Source of the DNA: a virus
Lineage: Duplodnaviria; Caudoviricetes
Strand: one strand, 5' to 3'
Virus record (IMG/VR): IMGVR_UViG_3300036908_000165
Location: 1-60,942 of that record
DNA: 60,942 nucleotides
The stretch's first letter is position 1. Each line of letters starts with the position of its first letter. The notes beneath the pieces are model-generated. The model saw only the letters and a program-made list of their open reading frames with translations, was not told the DNA's origin and made no database searches. Below are positions 9,808-19,656 of the stretch, piece after piece. A program made the translations under genes and the position numbers.

Positions 9808-10083
9808 TCACTGCACGATCTCCTCGCCGACCCGGCACGGCGGCCACCAGATGTTACCACCTTCGCGCGGCTCATCGATACCGAGCCAAATCCAGTGCTC
9901 TTCACCATCTTCGCCGTAGCCGTCAAAGCGCGCCGGCTGCTCATTCTGCGACCAGTGCTCTCGGCTCGCCGCATGCGCCTCGTCGGTGAATTCACTCGGG
10001 TCAAAGCCGGGCGGCATGAAGTCGACGTCCCACGTCGGCCTCGCCCAGTAGAACGCGCCGGGCTTGAACTTCCGTTCGCTCAT
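9808..10083 (-). CDS. Hypothetical protein
   Basis: GAAGGAG RBS; TTGACA upstream at 10138-10143. Confidence 0.6.
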   Translation of the reverse strand: MSERKFKPGAFYWARPTWDVDFMPPGFDPSEFTDEAHAASREHWSQNEQPARFDGYGEDGEEHWIWLGIDEPREGGNIWWPPCRVGEEIVQ

Positions 10084-10162
10084 TGTCGCGGGCTCCTTCG
10101 CTCTGCACGCTGAAAGCTATTCGATACCACGGTATCATGTCAAGACCGAGCCTGATCCGCGT

Positions 10163-10717
10163 TCATGCCAGAACCCCATTCAAGCAGCGATAGACGGTGG
10201 CCCGCGAAATCTCGAACTTGCGAGCGGTCTTGGACGCGCCGATCGCCGTGACGGAAGCTTTGACCTTCTCAGCATCGCAAACGTGGGGCCGGCCCTTGCC
10301 GATGTATTTGCCGGCGGCCTTCGCCCGTTCGATCCCAGCCATCTGCCGCTCGCGACGGATCTCGTTCTCGAACTCGGCGAACACTCCTAGCATCGACAAG
10401 AAGGCCGAGCCGGCGGCGGTCGACGTGTCGATCTGCTGCTGGACGACGCGCAACGCCACGCCGCGCTTCTTCAAATCGTGGACGATGTTGCACAGATCGC
10501 GCGTCGAGCGCGCCAGGCGGTCAATTTTCGTCACCACCAGGTCGTCGCCGGTGCGCAGGAACTCGAGCAGCGTCTTGAGTTCGGGCCGATCGTCGACATT
10601 CCGGCCGCTGATCTTCTCCTGCCGAACGATCTCGCAACCCGCCTTCTGCAGCGCCTCGACCTGAATCGCGCAGTCCTGATCGGCGGAGCTGACGCGGGCG
10701 TATCCATACTTAGCCAT
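10163..10717 (-). CDS. Small serine recombinase (resolvase/invertase family)
   Basis: YGYARVSS, VVTKIDRLARS, FAEFENEIRRERQMAGIERAK, GRP and C-terminal HTH ISRATVYR. Confidence 0.95.
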   Translation of the reverse strand: MAKYGYARVSSADQDCAIQVEALQKAGCEIVRQEKISGRNVDDRPELKTLLEFLRTGDDLVVTKIDRLARSTRDLCNIVHDLKKRGVALRVVQQQIDTSTAAGSAFLSMLGVFAEFENEIRRERQMAGIERAKAAGKYIGKGRPHVCDAEKVKASVTAIGASKTARKFEISRATVYRCLNGVLA

Positions 10718-11252
10718 CTGAGTCCCCTTGGTTTGAGTCGCCAGAGGATCATAACAGGTTGTATCCGCAAAGCAACAACAAAGATGCGGTCGAGATACGT
10801 TTTGTTAGCACCAGGCGAGACGAATAGCCGGAATAGCGGAGCTGGCCGGCGGCTACCCGGCCAGATGCCCCGTATTTCACAGAAAATTTGGGGCGGCGGG
10901 CGAGATGGGGCACACGAATCTCGGGCGGGGCCGGTGTCCATTTTTCCTAGAAAAATCAACAATTTAGCAGAAATTGCCATCTGGCGGCCGCCCGGTCGCC
11001 TGGCGCGCCGGCGTGTCTCGAAACGGTAAACTCGCCAGCGTCGCGAGCCGACCGTCTCTTTATACGTCGCTTTAGCTGCGACACGTTGTCTCATATTAAC
11101 AATCACGACTAAGAAACAATGCGCTCGCGACGCCTGGTCGGGTCGTTCGACATAGCGAACGAATCATCCGCTATGCCGAACACCACAGCACGCTTGAGCG
11201 AAATTTTTGACAGAAAAATGGGCCGATTCGGGTTTGCAAACCGGACAAGTTG

Positions 11253-11528
11253 TTATTTTAACCGGTCCGCAAACCCACCGCGGCTCGCCGGCCGATCCGG
11301 CGCCGCTCTGTTATCAGGCGCGATTTGCGAACGCGTCGGGACGTTCGGAATAACGGATGATTCGTTCGTTATGCCGGTTGGCAGACTGTTGGCAGATACG
11401 ATTTGTTCTAGCGCCAGCCGCTTCATAAACCGATTCGCCGACAAGCCACGCGACGCTGCGAGCGCGTGCAAAGCGCGCGTTTCCGGCTGCGGGATACGAA
11501 AAATAATAGGATTCGTGCGTTTTGACAC
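11253..11528 (-). CDS. Possible RHH regulator
   Basis: IIFRIPQPETRALHALAASRGLSANRFMKRLA pattern; divergent from the early operon. Confidence 0.45.
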   Translation of the reverse strand: MSKRTNPIIFRIPQPETRALHALAASRGLSANRFMKRLALEQIVSANSLPTGITNESSVIPNVPTRSQIAPDNRAAPDRPASRGGFADRLK

Positions 11529-11590
11529 GCTATGAAACTAAGGGCGCGCTGCGTCCGGCGCAACTCTGCAAAAATATTTTCGACAAAAGC

Positions 11591-11620
11591 TTGACAAACG
11601 TCGAAACAAGGCGCAATCTC
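11591..11620 (+). promoter_or_regulatory. Sigma70-type promoter of the early operon
   Basis: TTGACA at 11591 upstream of a GAGGAG RBS and ATG 11649. Confidence 0.5.
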
Positions 11621-11648
11621 GAATCCTGGAACGAGAGGAGCCGACAAT

Positions 11649-12002
11649 ATGAGCGCGACGATCAATGTCCCGGCCTTCAAGGCTATCTGCCGCGAAATAT
11701 GCGCGAACCTGCCGGCGCTCCTGGCGGAACGCAATCCGATCTATCCCGATGAGCCGATGTTTCCCTCAGCACTCGCTGCGGTTCGCACCGAATTAGCCGA
11801 GCGCCGGAAGGAATGGGCGACGTCGGTCAAGCCGGCTAAGACGCGTCGGGATTACGAGCTCGATTTCGCCGCCGCCGCTCACCACACTCGCAGCCATGCG
11901 CAATGGGCTGCGAGTGCGGCATCGCGCAACGTCACTTGCGCCGGCGCCATCGCCAAAGCTCGCGATCGAATTACCGTTCCGCGACGGAACGCGACTCCCT
12001 AG
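11649..12002 (+). CDS. Chimeric hypothetical protein carrying a copy of the nuclease N-terminus
   Basis: GAGGAG RBS; contains AAHHTRSHAQWAASAASRNVTCAGAIA. Confidence 0.6.
   Translation: MSATINVPAFKAICREICANLPALLAERNPIYPDEPMFPSALAAVRTELAERRKEWATSVKPAKTRRDYELDFAAAAHHTRSHAQWAASAASRNVTCAGAIAKARDRITVPRRNATP
11873..11955. repeat. 83-bp inverted repeat, copy 1 (partner at 27277-27359)
   Basis: 82/83 identity by direct comparison. Confidence 0.95.
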
Positions 12003-12033
12003 ATAACCGAACGATCAAGCAAGGGAGCGAATC

Positions 12034-12459
12034 ATGGCCAAGCATCGTTGGAATTACAACGGCGACGGGAATCTGCGAGCGGGCGGCTTCTACTGGCGGG
12101 AAGACGGCGCGGAAGATTACGTCTTGGCGGTCCGCGTCACGCCATGCCCGAGCGCCGGCGGACCGTCGAATCTGTTCCATATCGAAAGCGGCTCGATCTA
12201 TTTGCCGCCCGATCCTGCCAAGCGGAAAATCGCACTCGGTTGCTGCGGCTATGCGTTCGAAACCGCGACGCGATCGGAAATCGTCGAAGCGTTCATGGTC
12301 TATGCCGGAATCGACGGTGGCGACGAAACCGTGATTCGCATCGGACCGCCCGATCCTTTTTTCATCGATCGCGGCGACGCCTGGAACCCGCAACCGGATA
12401 CGATCCTGCGCGCGAACCGATCGCTCGAACGCTACGTGCGCGATACCTTTCTCGACTGA
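12034..12459 (+). CDS. Hypothetical early protein
   Basis: GGGAG RBS; 141 aa. Confidence 0.65.
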   Translation: MAKHRWNYNGDGNLRAGGFYWREDGAEDYVLAVRVTPCPSAGGPSNLFHIESGSIYLPPDPAKRKIALGCCGYAFETATRSEIVEAFMVYAGIDGGDETVIRIGPPDPFFIDRGDAWNPQPDTILRANRSLERYVRDTFLD

Positions 12460-12807
12460 ACGCTAACCCTTGCCGCGGTTGAGCGCCGCGGCGAGATTTA
12501 GCAGTCAACCGAGCAAGAGGAGTAGACCATGCTTTACGACAATGACGAATTCGAGCGCGGCGGGCGGATCGCTCGTTTTCAGCGCCGGTCGCGCCTACTA
12601 CTACCTGGGAGATTGACGCCATGACCGCTTGGATCGATCCGCGCGCCCCGCGACGCCCCTTGCTGCGCTCGCCGGGCTTTCGCCGGCGCATGGCGCTGAG
12701 ACGCGCCGGCGCCCTTCTCATGGACGCTCTCGAGCTGGTAGCAATCGCCGCCTTTGTCGGCGGTTTACTGGCGATGCTCGAGGCTCTTTCACACTGAGGG
12801 TGAGCCG

Positions 12808-13170
12808 ATGAAAATCACCAAACGCATATTACAGGCAAAAGGCGCCTACGCCTCGCAAGTCGCGCTGTTCGCCAAAACGTTCCCGCGCGGAGCAGAAATC
12901 ACGGAAGCGGTTTGCCTTTCTGTCGCCGATAAATTCGACTGGTATTGGGCCGCGCATAATCTTCTCTCGCCTGAATCCTGTGCGAAGTACCGGCGCGTCC
13001 ACGCTCTGACCTATGCGGAGTACCAGCGCGTCCGCGCTCTGGCCTATGCGGAGTACCAGCGCGTCTGCGCTCCGGCATATGCAGAGTATCAGCGTGTCTG
13101 CGCGCTATCCTGTGAGGATCACGAGCGCGTCTGCGCTCAAACGTTCGGGCGCCTCGCCGCTTCGGAATAG
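12808..13170 (+). CDS. Protein with 11-aa tandem repeats (YAEYQRVxALA)
   Basis: About five 33-bp units at 12980-13140. Confidence 0.7.
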   Translation: MKITKRILQAKGAYASQVALFAKTFPRGAEITEAVCLSVADKFDWYWAAHNLLSPESCAKYRRVHALTYAEYQRVRALAYAEYQRVCAPAYAEYQRVCALSCEDHERVCAQTFGRLAASE

Positions 13171-13237
13171 CAGAAACCACACGCCCGCCGCCGCGCCTCT
13201 CTATCAACGCGGCGAACCTTCTGAAAAGGAGAAAACT

Positions 13238-13510
13238 ATGACGCAAGACAGGTACAAGAACGGCGTCGTTCAACGCCGCGTCGATCGTGTTCGCGTCGGC
13301 GACCTGGTCGACCTGCAAAACGACCGTTACGCCGATGCGCAAGGCTTCGAGACAGGCGAAACGGCAATCGTCGAATCGAGATTCGAATTTGCCGTCGTCG
13401 AATCGATCGAAGGCGAAACACCGCGATGCACCGTCCTGCACACATCGCAAGGCTCGTTCGGCTTTCCGCCGAGCCACTGGCTTAGTACCGACGGCGAGCA
13501 ACTCCGCTAA
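13238..13510 (+). CDS. Hypothetical protein
   Basis: AAGGAG RBS. Confidence 0.65.
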   Translation: MTQDRYKNGVVQRRVDRVRVGDLVDLQNDRYADAQGFETGETAIVESRFEFAVVESIEGETPRCTVLHTSQGSFGFPPSHWLSTDGEQLR

Positions 13511-13522
13511 AAAGGAGAAACC

Positions 13523-14179
13523 ATGTTCATCCCGAAGCCTTCGGACCGCTACCGTCCGCGCGCCGACGCCGCGCTCCTGTCGCGCCTCGTAACCGACGCT
13601 TGGCAGGACTACCAGAGCTGCATGTTCGACGCGACCGAACGCGACCGCGTCGCCGAAGTCGTCGCCAGGCGCCTCGAATCGCTCTACCCGACCGCCGACA
13701 TGGCCGTCCTGGGCCGCTACGGCGTGGCGCAGGCGCTCGACTCGATCGGTGTGCGTATGTGGAACCCTAAACAGCGCCTATGGGACCAGACGACCATCGT
13801 AGCCCTGCCACGCCCCATCCTCGCCCCGAGCAGCGAAAGGGGCCTGTACGTCGGCGGCGCTCGGCATTCCCGATCGCCGAACTACGGCGCCACGCAAGCC
13901 TGGCGCGACGCGCGGACACCCGAACAATGGGCCGAACTCGTCGCCTACCACGACGAAAACGAGCGCCGTCGCCTGCCGGAAAGCGTCGAACCATGGTTCG
14001 CTCGCATCGTCCAGGCGCGCGCCGCTTATCGCGCCGAATATGCACAAACAACTGACTTTCCTGAGAAATTTCACACAACGACGTCGCAATGGCCCCGCTG
14101 GATCGACATCGAATCGGCACACCCCATTCTCGGCGCATATGTCGCCGCGCGACGCGCTTCATTGGGGATCACAGCATGA
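13523..14179 (+). CDS. Hypothetical protein, 218 aa
   Basis: AAGGAG RBS. Confidence 0.65.
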   Translation: MFIPKPSDRYRPRADAALLSRLVTDAWQDYQSCMFDATERDRVAEVVARRLESLYPTADMAVLGRYGVAQALDSIGVRMWNPKQRLWDQTTIVALPRPILAPSSERGLYVGGARHSRSPNYGATQAWRDARTPEQWAELVAYHDENERRRLPESVEPWFARIVQARAAYRAEYAQTTDFPEKFHTTTSQWPRWIDIESAHPILGAYVAARRASLGITA

Positions 14180-14370
14180 CCGTCCGCTCCACACGCGACG
14201 CCTGGCGTAACGCCTGGCGTGACGCCCTGCCGCTTCTCGCCCAGGCGCTCTACCTGGCGGCGGCGCTGTGGGCGCTGTGGATGCTGCGAGGGTAGCACAG
14301 CGAAGCCTCTAGGACGGTCACTGGCAGGCTTGTCGGGCGCTGTGAGCAATCACAGCGCCCGAACTGCGTT

Positions 14371-14757
14371 TCAGGCATACCAAACGTCCGCGCCCTCACC
14401 TATGCCGTCCCAAGCGTGGTCAACGATCGACAACCACCGTCCGCCATGGTCGCGGCTACGCGCACAAACCCGCTCAGCGACCGCCAGCATGGCGTCGGTG
14501 CTGTGTGTCTCTTCAAACAGAAACACGCCGACGAACCGAATTGAGTATCGTACCGCCTCCTCTATCGGCCTGCGAGCAAGATCCGCAATCAACGATTGGC
14601 TGCGCGTCGGAATGTTTTTATCAAAATCGAACGGTGTTCCCATAATCGACTTAGCGCCTGCTGAGGCGTCGCGCTTGAGATCGATCGCAACCAATTTCCG
14701 CAAGAGCGCTTCGAGCGCATCCTCAGCCATGGCGATCGTATGTTTTTCCCTTGTCAT
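14371..14757 (-). CDS. Hypothetical protein (lower GC)
   Basis: 128-aa ORF; ends in WDGIG, a motif seen in small phage proteins. Confidence 0.55.
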   Translation of the reverse strand: MTREKHTIAMAEDALEALLRKLVAIDLKRDASAGAKSIMGTPFDFDKNIPTRSQSLIADLARRPIEEAVRYSIRFVGVFLFEETHSTDAMLAVAERVCARSRDHGGRWLSIVDHAWDGIGEGADVWYA

Positions 14758-14807
14758 CGGAGTGTGTCCTATCTTTATAGTGCCTTGCTATAATCTATTC
14801 TGAGCGA

Positions 14808-15060
14808 TGGAGGGGTAGGAAGGGGCCCGCCAATCCGAGGCGGGGGCCCCTTCCTACCCCCGGGGGTATAAGGGGGTAGGTAGGCAGGGGGGTAGGAAGT
14901 AAGTAAGCAGGGAGTAGGTAGGGGAGTAGGAAGGTTGTAAGCAGGTAGTAAGCATGCAACCCTAGGTTAGTAAGCAGGGGGTAGGAAGGCGGATATAACA
15001 AAACGTATATCCTATCTCAGCCGAATAGATCGCTATCCTCGGCCGTACGTTTTGTTATAG
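14808..15060. repeat. Putative replication origin with GGTAGG/GTAAGC iterons and inverted repeats
   Basis: Strong purine skew, 17-bp inverted repeat 14812-14861, at the 3' end of the primase-helicase gene. Confidence 0.6.
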
Positions 15061-17143
15061 CGATTCGTGTATGTGTTTTAGACGGCGGCCCATAGGTCTC
15101 AACCGTGATGGCGCCACGCGCGAACAACCGTTCCATTGCCTCGGCGAACTGAACTCGCCCCGCCCCGTTTGCCAGTGTGTGAGCGCTCATCATTCTCGGC
15201 GCGTAACTCGGCGCGGTCGACACATGCGACACAGATCGACCGCTGGCGGTCAGTTGCTCCAAGATCGCCATGAATGTCTCTTCAGCCGCGTGGTCTTGGT
15301 CGGCTTCTCTCGATTCGACCTCGACGCCCTCGCGCACGAACCGCCCCCTGAGCCACCTGAGCGTGTAGCGAACGCCGCGCCGCGCACGGTTCGCCTTCTT
15401 CGTCGTCAGCAGTCGGATATCAGGGTCGGCCTCGTCTTGTTCTGTTTTCCCGAACCTTCGCTCCATGTACAGCCGCGATCGAACCGAATTGTTCCACGCC
15501 GTGTTGCCGGACGTTCCGGCGCCGCTCGACATCCCGGACAGCGACGGATGCGCCAGAAGCAGAACCGTTGTGTCGAATTCCTTGCACAGGCCTTTAAGCA
15601 TTCCGACGAACTGGCGCGCGTGGACCCGCTTGATCTCGTCGCCGCCGAACAGATCGGCGAGCGTGTCGAGCACGACCAGCGTCGGCCGCACGACTTCGAT
15701 CGCCCGGCGGACACGCGCCATCATCTGCGTCGGCTTCAGCAAGCCGTCCTTGCCCGAGGGAGCCGCGATCACCGCGTCCTGGCCGTCGAGAGAAATCAGA
15801 CGAAGTCCATCGAGATCCGATAGTTTGAACGCCTGCGTCTCGCGCGTGATCGCCACCAGCCGCCGATGCAGCTCCTCGATCTCGTCCTCCGCCGTCAGGA
15901 ACAGCGCCCGCCCCTTGGCGACGGGCATGCCGAGCCAGTTGCAGCCTGCCGCGATCGACGCCGCTAATTGCAGCGCCAGAAGGCTCTTACCGGTCGCGCC
16001 GTCGCCGCCCAGCAGCGTCACGTTACGTGTCGGAATCAGATCGCGGACCAGCCACGCCTGCGCCGGCGGTTCCTTCTCCGACAAGCTCGAGGCGGCGACG
16101 AGATCCAGCTCTGGCGGCGGCTCCTCCAGCTTCGGCTCGCCGAACAGCGCGCCGGCGTCGGGATCGTTCCACATCGCCGCACGGCTGAACGTCGGGCCCT
16201 TGTGCGCCGGTTCGTGCGAGCGCGCCTCGGCTGTCTCCTGCAACCACGTCGCGCCGACCCGGTACGGGCCCCTGAGCGAGTCGTAGTCGCGCCTGACCGT
16301 CTCCTCGTCGTTCTCGCCGCCGCTCCACCGCAGCGCCCACTCCAAAGCCAGTGGCCAACCCAACTCACTGTATGGCGCCGTCGCCGCTTTGATCGCGTAC
16401 AGGACCGTTAGATAGTCGGTCCGGTCGGGATAATCGTTCGGCAAGGCCGCGACCGCCAACGACGTCCATTTGAGATCGCCTTGCAGCGTCTTCTGGTCGG
16501 GCGGCGGGCCGGCCTCGTTGATCGCCCGCCCGGCTTTTGCGTTCGGCAGCAATCGCAGCAGATCCTCGACCAGCGCGCCGAGCGCCTCGGCCGAAGCTTC
16601 GGGCAGTTCATCGAGCGGAAGTGGTCCGCGAGTCCAGTGGTATGGCTGCAGTGTTTTTGGGTGGATGCCCCAGGCGACGAACTGCCCGTAGGTTCGGAAG
16701 TCGACCTGCCCGCCATCGAACAGGATCTTCGGCTGGCGCCATCCGACAGGACACCTAACCAGGAAGAGGGCTTTAGGCGCTTGGCCTATGCGCGTCGGCG
16801 CAGGCCCGATATGCTTCTCGACCAAACCGGCGATGATCGCCGCATGCTCTTCGCTCGGCGTATCCGCATCGATCGCCAAGCGACCGTCACCGCAGATGAC
16901 GCCGACGCCACAACCCATATCACGCCATCGCTCGGTGTCCTCGCGCGTCGTTTCGCGTGTCAGCCAGCCTTTGAGGCCGGTCCACCCATCCTCGGTGCGG
17001 ACGCCGGGGACCTTGCCGAGCGTCGTCGGATCTATGCCCGAAGCGGGCGCGAGAGGCGCGCCGGGCGGCGCTATGGGAACGAGGCGCCGGTAGCCCAGCG
17101 ACCAGAACAGGCTCCACGGGTCGTTCGGGGATTGGATATTCAT
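15017..17143 (-). CDS. Prim-Pol/PriCT-2 plus AAA (RepA-like) primase-helicase
   Basis: N-terminal LAIDAD and GIHPKT; Walker A GDGATGKS; Walker B VVLDTL; LLAHPS. Confidence 0.88.
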   Translation of the reverse strand: MNIQSPNDPWSLFWSLGYRRLVPIAPPGAPLAPASGIDPTTLGKVPGVRTEDGWTGLKGWLTRETTREDTERWRDMGCGVGVICGDGRLAIDADTPSEEHAAIIAGLVEKHIGPAPTRIGQAPKALFLVRCPVGWRQPKILFDGGQVDFRTYGQFVAWGIHPKTLQPYHWTRGPLPLDELPEASAEALGALVEDLLRLLPNAKAGRAINEAGPPPDQKTLQGDLKWTSLAVAALPNDYPDRTDYLTVLYAIKAATAPYSELGWPLALEWALRWSGGENDEETVRRDYDSLRGPYRVGATWLQETAEARSHEPAHKGPTFSRAAMWNDPDAGALFGEPKLEEPPPELDLVAASSLSEKEPPAQAWLVRDLIPTRNVTLLGGDGATGKSLLALQLAASIAAGCNWLGMPVAKGRALFLTAEDEIEELHRRLVAITRETQAFKLSDLDGLRLISLDGQDAVIAAPSGKDGLLKPTQMMARVRRAIEVVRPTLVVLDTLADLFGGDEIKRVHARQFVGMLKGLCKEFDTTVLLLAHPSLSGMSSGAGTSGNTAWNNSVRSRLYMERRFGKTEQDEADPDIRLLTTKKANRARRGVRYTLRWLRGRFVREGVEVESREADQDHAAEETFMAILEQLTASGRSVSHVSTAPSYAPRMMSAHTLANGAGRVQFAEAMERLFARGAITVETYGPPSKTHTRIAITKRTAEDSDLFG

Positions 17144-17245
17144 GCCTCAACCCATAGCGTCGCGTGTTGACCCGCCATGCCGCCAATGGTAGACATATTT
17201 TGCCTCTCGCTCAGGCTTTGGCCGCTGTTCGCTCAGCTGCCATTA

Positions 17246-17282
17246 AGCCCCGTCGCTTCGCCGCGGCGGGGCTTTCACTTTT
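17246..17282 (+). terminator. Intrinsic terminator
   Basis: AGCCCCGTCGC/GCGGCGGGGCT stem followed by TTCACTTTT. Confidence 0.6.
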
Positions 17283-17311
17283 AGACTGTTTCGTGGCGGG
17301 TGCAAGCGGCC

Positions 17312-17674
17312 TCACGCCGCAGGCGGATCACGCAGCGATTCGAGAAATTCGATTTCGGCGCGCGCCGCCGCGCGAAATGCCGTGCCGTCATCCCGACGCA
17401 AGCCCCGATTACCCATGGCCAAGGCAGTCTGCCACGCTCTCAGGGCGTCCATGGCGGCGCCGTATGGTGTCTTCTTGCACCAGACCAAGCCGGTGCGCGC
17501 CATGACGGGACAGTCGTAACAGTCATTACCGTCGTCACGTTTAAACAGCATGCACAGTGCGCAGGAGCTGCAGCCGATATACACCAAGCGAGGATCGGGC
17601 GCCTGAGCAACGGCCTTCCAGTGCACGATCGACGCCTCGAGCGCTTCGCGTGTCGTTTCTTTCATGGTGGTCAC
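17312..17674 (-). CDS. Cys-rich hypothetical protein (CALC...CYDCP)
   Basis: GAGGAG RBS; putative Zn-binding. Confidence 0.6.
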   Translation of the reverse strand: MTTMKETTREALEASIVHWKAVAQAPDPRLVYIGCSSCALCMLFKRDDGNDCYDCPVMARTGLVWCKKTPYGAAMDALRAWQTALAMGNRGLRRDDGTAFRAAARAEIEFLESLRDPPAA

Positions 17675-17880
17675 TCCTCTTGCTCACGAATGGCCTCAGC
17701 CTCACGCTCGCGCCATTCGGCGGCCTCCTTTGCCTCGCGATCGCGGTCGAGGCCGAGAGAAGACAGCAGAATGTCGATGGACAGTCGCTCGCGTATTTTC
17801 CGGTTCGCTTCGGCCTGCCTGTCCCATTCTGCGGCGCCACTGGCGACGTGTTTCTCATTCTCATTCTCTGTCATCGACAT
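17671..17880 (-). CDS. Hypothetical protein
   Basis: GAGGAG RBS. Confidence 0.55.
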   Translation of the reverse strand: MSMTENENEKHVASGAAEWDRQAEANRKIRERLSIDILLSSLGLDRDREAKEAAEWREREAEAIREQEE

Positions 17881-17918
17881 CTAGCTCCTCGTGTTGGCGG
17901 TGCACGCCGCCATTCGCA

Positions 17919-18767
17919 TTACATGGCCTCGTCGAGGAAGACGACGCTGACCCCCGGCCTCGGCGCTTCGACGACCGTCACGGCTTGATAGACCGTGAAC
18001 TTCACGCCCGGCCTGATCAGGGCGAGGCGGCCGGCTTCGGCTTCGGCCGATCCGCGCCGATCGTGCTTGAAGGGCCAGAGCGCCGCGCCTCCGTCGCTGA
18101 CGACGATGAAGGTCTGCGGCTTCTCGGGGTCGACTAGCGCCGCGACCGCCGGCTTGGGCGCCTCGGCGAGCGTGATGTCGTCGAGAGAGCAACTCCAACG
18201 CGATCCGCCAAATCCACTTATGTCAACGCGGTTTCCCCCGGTCCATCCGGGGAACTCGACAATGGCGTGCCCTAGTCCCCGGTTCAGACTTATGATCTTT
18301 CCCGCGGTCAGCGGCGTGCCGTAAAGACTCGTGTTCTTCGTAACCCAATCGCCGACCTTGAATTGACGTGGCTCGGCGATTTTCACGTCGGCCCCGCGCT
18401 TGAGCGCCGTGACGAATTTGTTATGGACCCAAATCTGCCTGCCGTCATCAACGACGAGAAGACGCATATCGCGGTTCCCATCGTGGTCATCCACGGCAAC
18501 AACCAAACGGTCCTCGCCGGGCGCCAATGGCGAGTCGGCGGAAACCGTCACGGTGTCGCCGACGCTCGCCGCCTCGGCCGGCAAAATCAAGACGAGTTGC
18601 TCCGACAACATGAGATGATTCGCCCCGCCGAAATCGATGATCGGATAGCGCCCGTCGAACCCCGATACCTGGCCGACCGCGCCATTAACGAGGCCAGCGT
18701 CGCGGTCTATGCAATAGGCATAGATGAGCTTGACCCAATCGCCCTTTTTGAATTCAGGCATTTGCAA
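17919..18767 (-). CDS. Hypothetical protein with repeated SH3/KOW-like modules
   Basis: FKKGDWV, VGDTV and FKVGDWV repeats. Confidence 0.6.
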   Translation of the reverse strand: MQMPEFKKGDWVKLIYAYCIDRDAGLVNGAVGQVSGFDGRYPIIDFGGANHLMLSEQLVLILPAEAASVGDTVTVSADSPLAPGEDRLVVAVDDHDGNRDMRLLVVDDGRQIWVHNKFVTALKRGADVKIAEPRQFKVGDWVTKNTSLYGTPLTAGKIISLNRGLGHAIVEFPGWTGGNRVDISGFGGSRWSCSLDDITLAEAPKPAVAALVDPEKPQTFIVVSDGGAALWPFKHDRRGSAEAEAGRLALIRPGVKFTVYQAVTVVEAPRPGVSVVFLDEAM

Positions 18768-19262
18768 CTCTCTCTTGATGCGGCGCCGGAATTGGCGCGT
18801 TGATTGAGCGGGCGGCGCGCCACCGTTTCGCGTCGCGCCAGTTCGTCCAGGCGACGATCGCCGGCGCGATCAGGCCGAGAAGGAGAATGTCGAGGTAGGT
18901 CATTCTTCCGCTCCGATCATGCCAGGACGTACAGCGCGACGATGAGGACGCAGGCCACGAACTCGGCGAGAAGGCCGAGGGTGACGGCGGCTGAACGCAA
19001 AACCCCATAGCAGGCCAACAGGATTGCGAGAGTCATGGGGCTTCTCCTACCCATTGGAGGCGCAGATGCTGTGACGCGCATTTCCCAGCCTCGGCGTTGA
19101 ACCGGTTGACGAGAGCGTAGCACTCTTCGTCGCTCATCGACCACAGCCCGGCGATGACGCCGTCGGCAACGGATCGTGCCGCGCGCTTCGCCATGACCTC
19201 GTCATAGCGGCCGTGCATCTTGCCGAAGATATTCTCTACCGGGTAGCTATTTGCCGTCGGGC

Positions 19263-19445
19263 TCATGGTGTGCTCCTGTTCAGGGTCGCCGGATCCGGCT
19301 TGTCGAGATGCTTGCGCAACGCCGCGACGATCAGTTCGCTGCGCCGGAGATCGCCGGTTCGGCACAGGGCGTCCATCGCCTCGGCCAGGTCGACCGGCAT
19401 GCGCAGCGCCATCTGGACGCTGCGGCGCTTCTTGTTGTTCGTCAA
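19263..19445 (-). CDS. CopG/RHH-like regulator
   Basis: VQMALRMPVDLAEAMDALC...RRSELIVAALRKHL; start uncertain. Confidence 0.6.
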   Translation of the reverse strand: MTNNKKRRSVQMALRMPVDLAEAMDALCRTGDLRRSELIVAALRKHLDKPDPATLNRSTP

Positions 19446-19656
19446 TTGCACGGGTCTCGTTCCTGATTCTTCGATGATTCGTCGTTGCCGTCTCTCCGAG
19501 CTGTCAAGCCTAATAGCGGCGGCTTTCCCTGGTGACTCGGCTGTCGACCTGTTCGCCCCGGTCGTCGGTGTGCGGCTACATGCGAGGCTCCTCGGATTGT
19601 GCTTCAAGCAAATCATCGCGAGGAGACTGTCGCACAATCGAATGACAATTGTCAAA

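Noticed and set aside
12980-13140. CRISPR array
   Set aside because: The units are contiguous in-frame coding repeats with no unique spacers.
14795-15001. 68-aa Pro/Leu/Tyr ORF
   Set aside because: It is a translation of the iteron region rather than a plausible gene.
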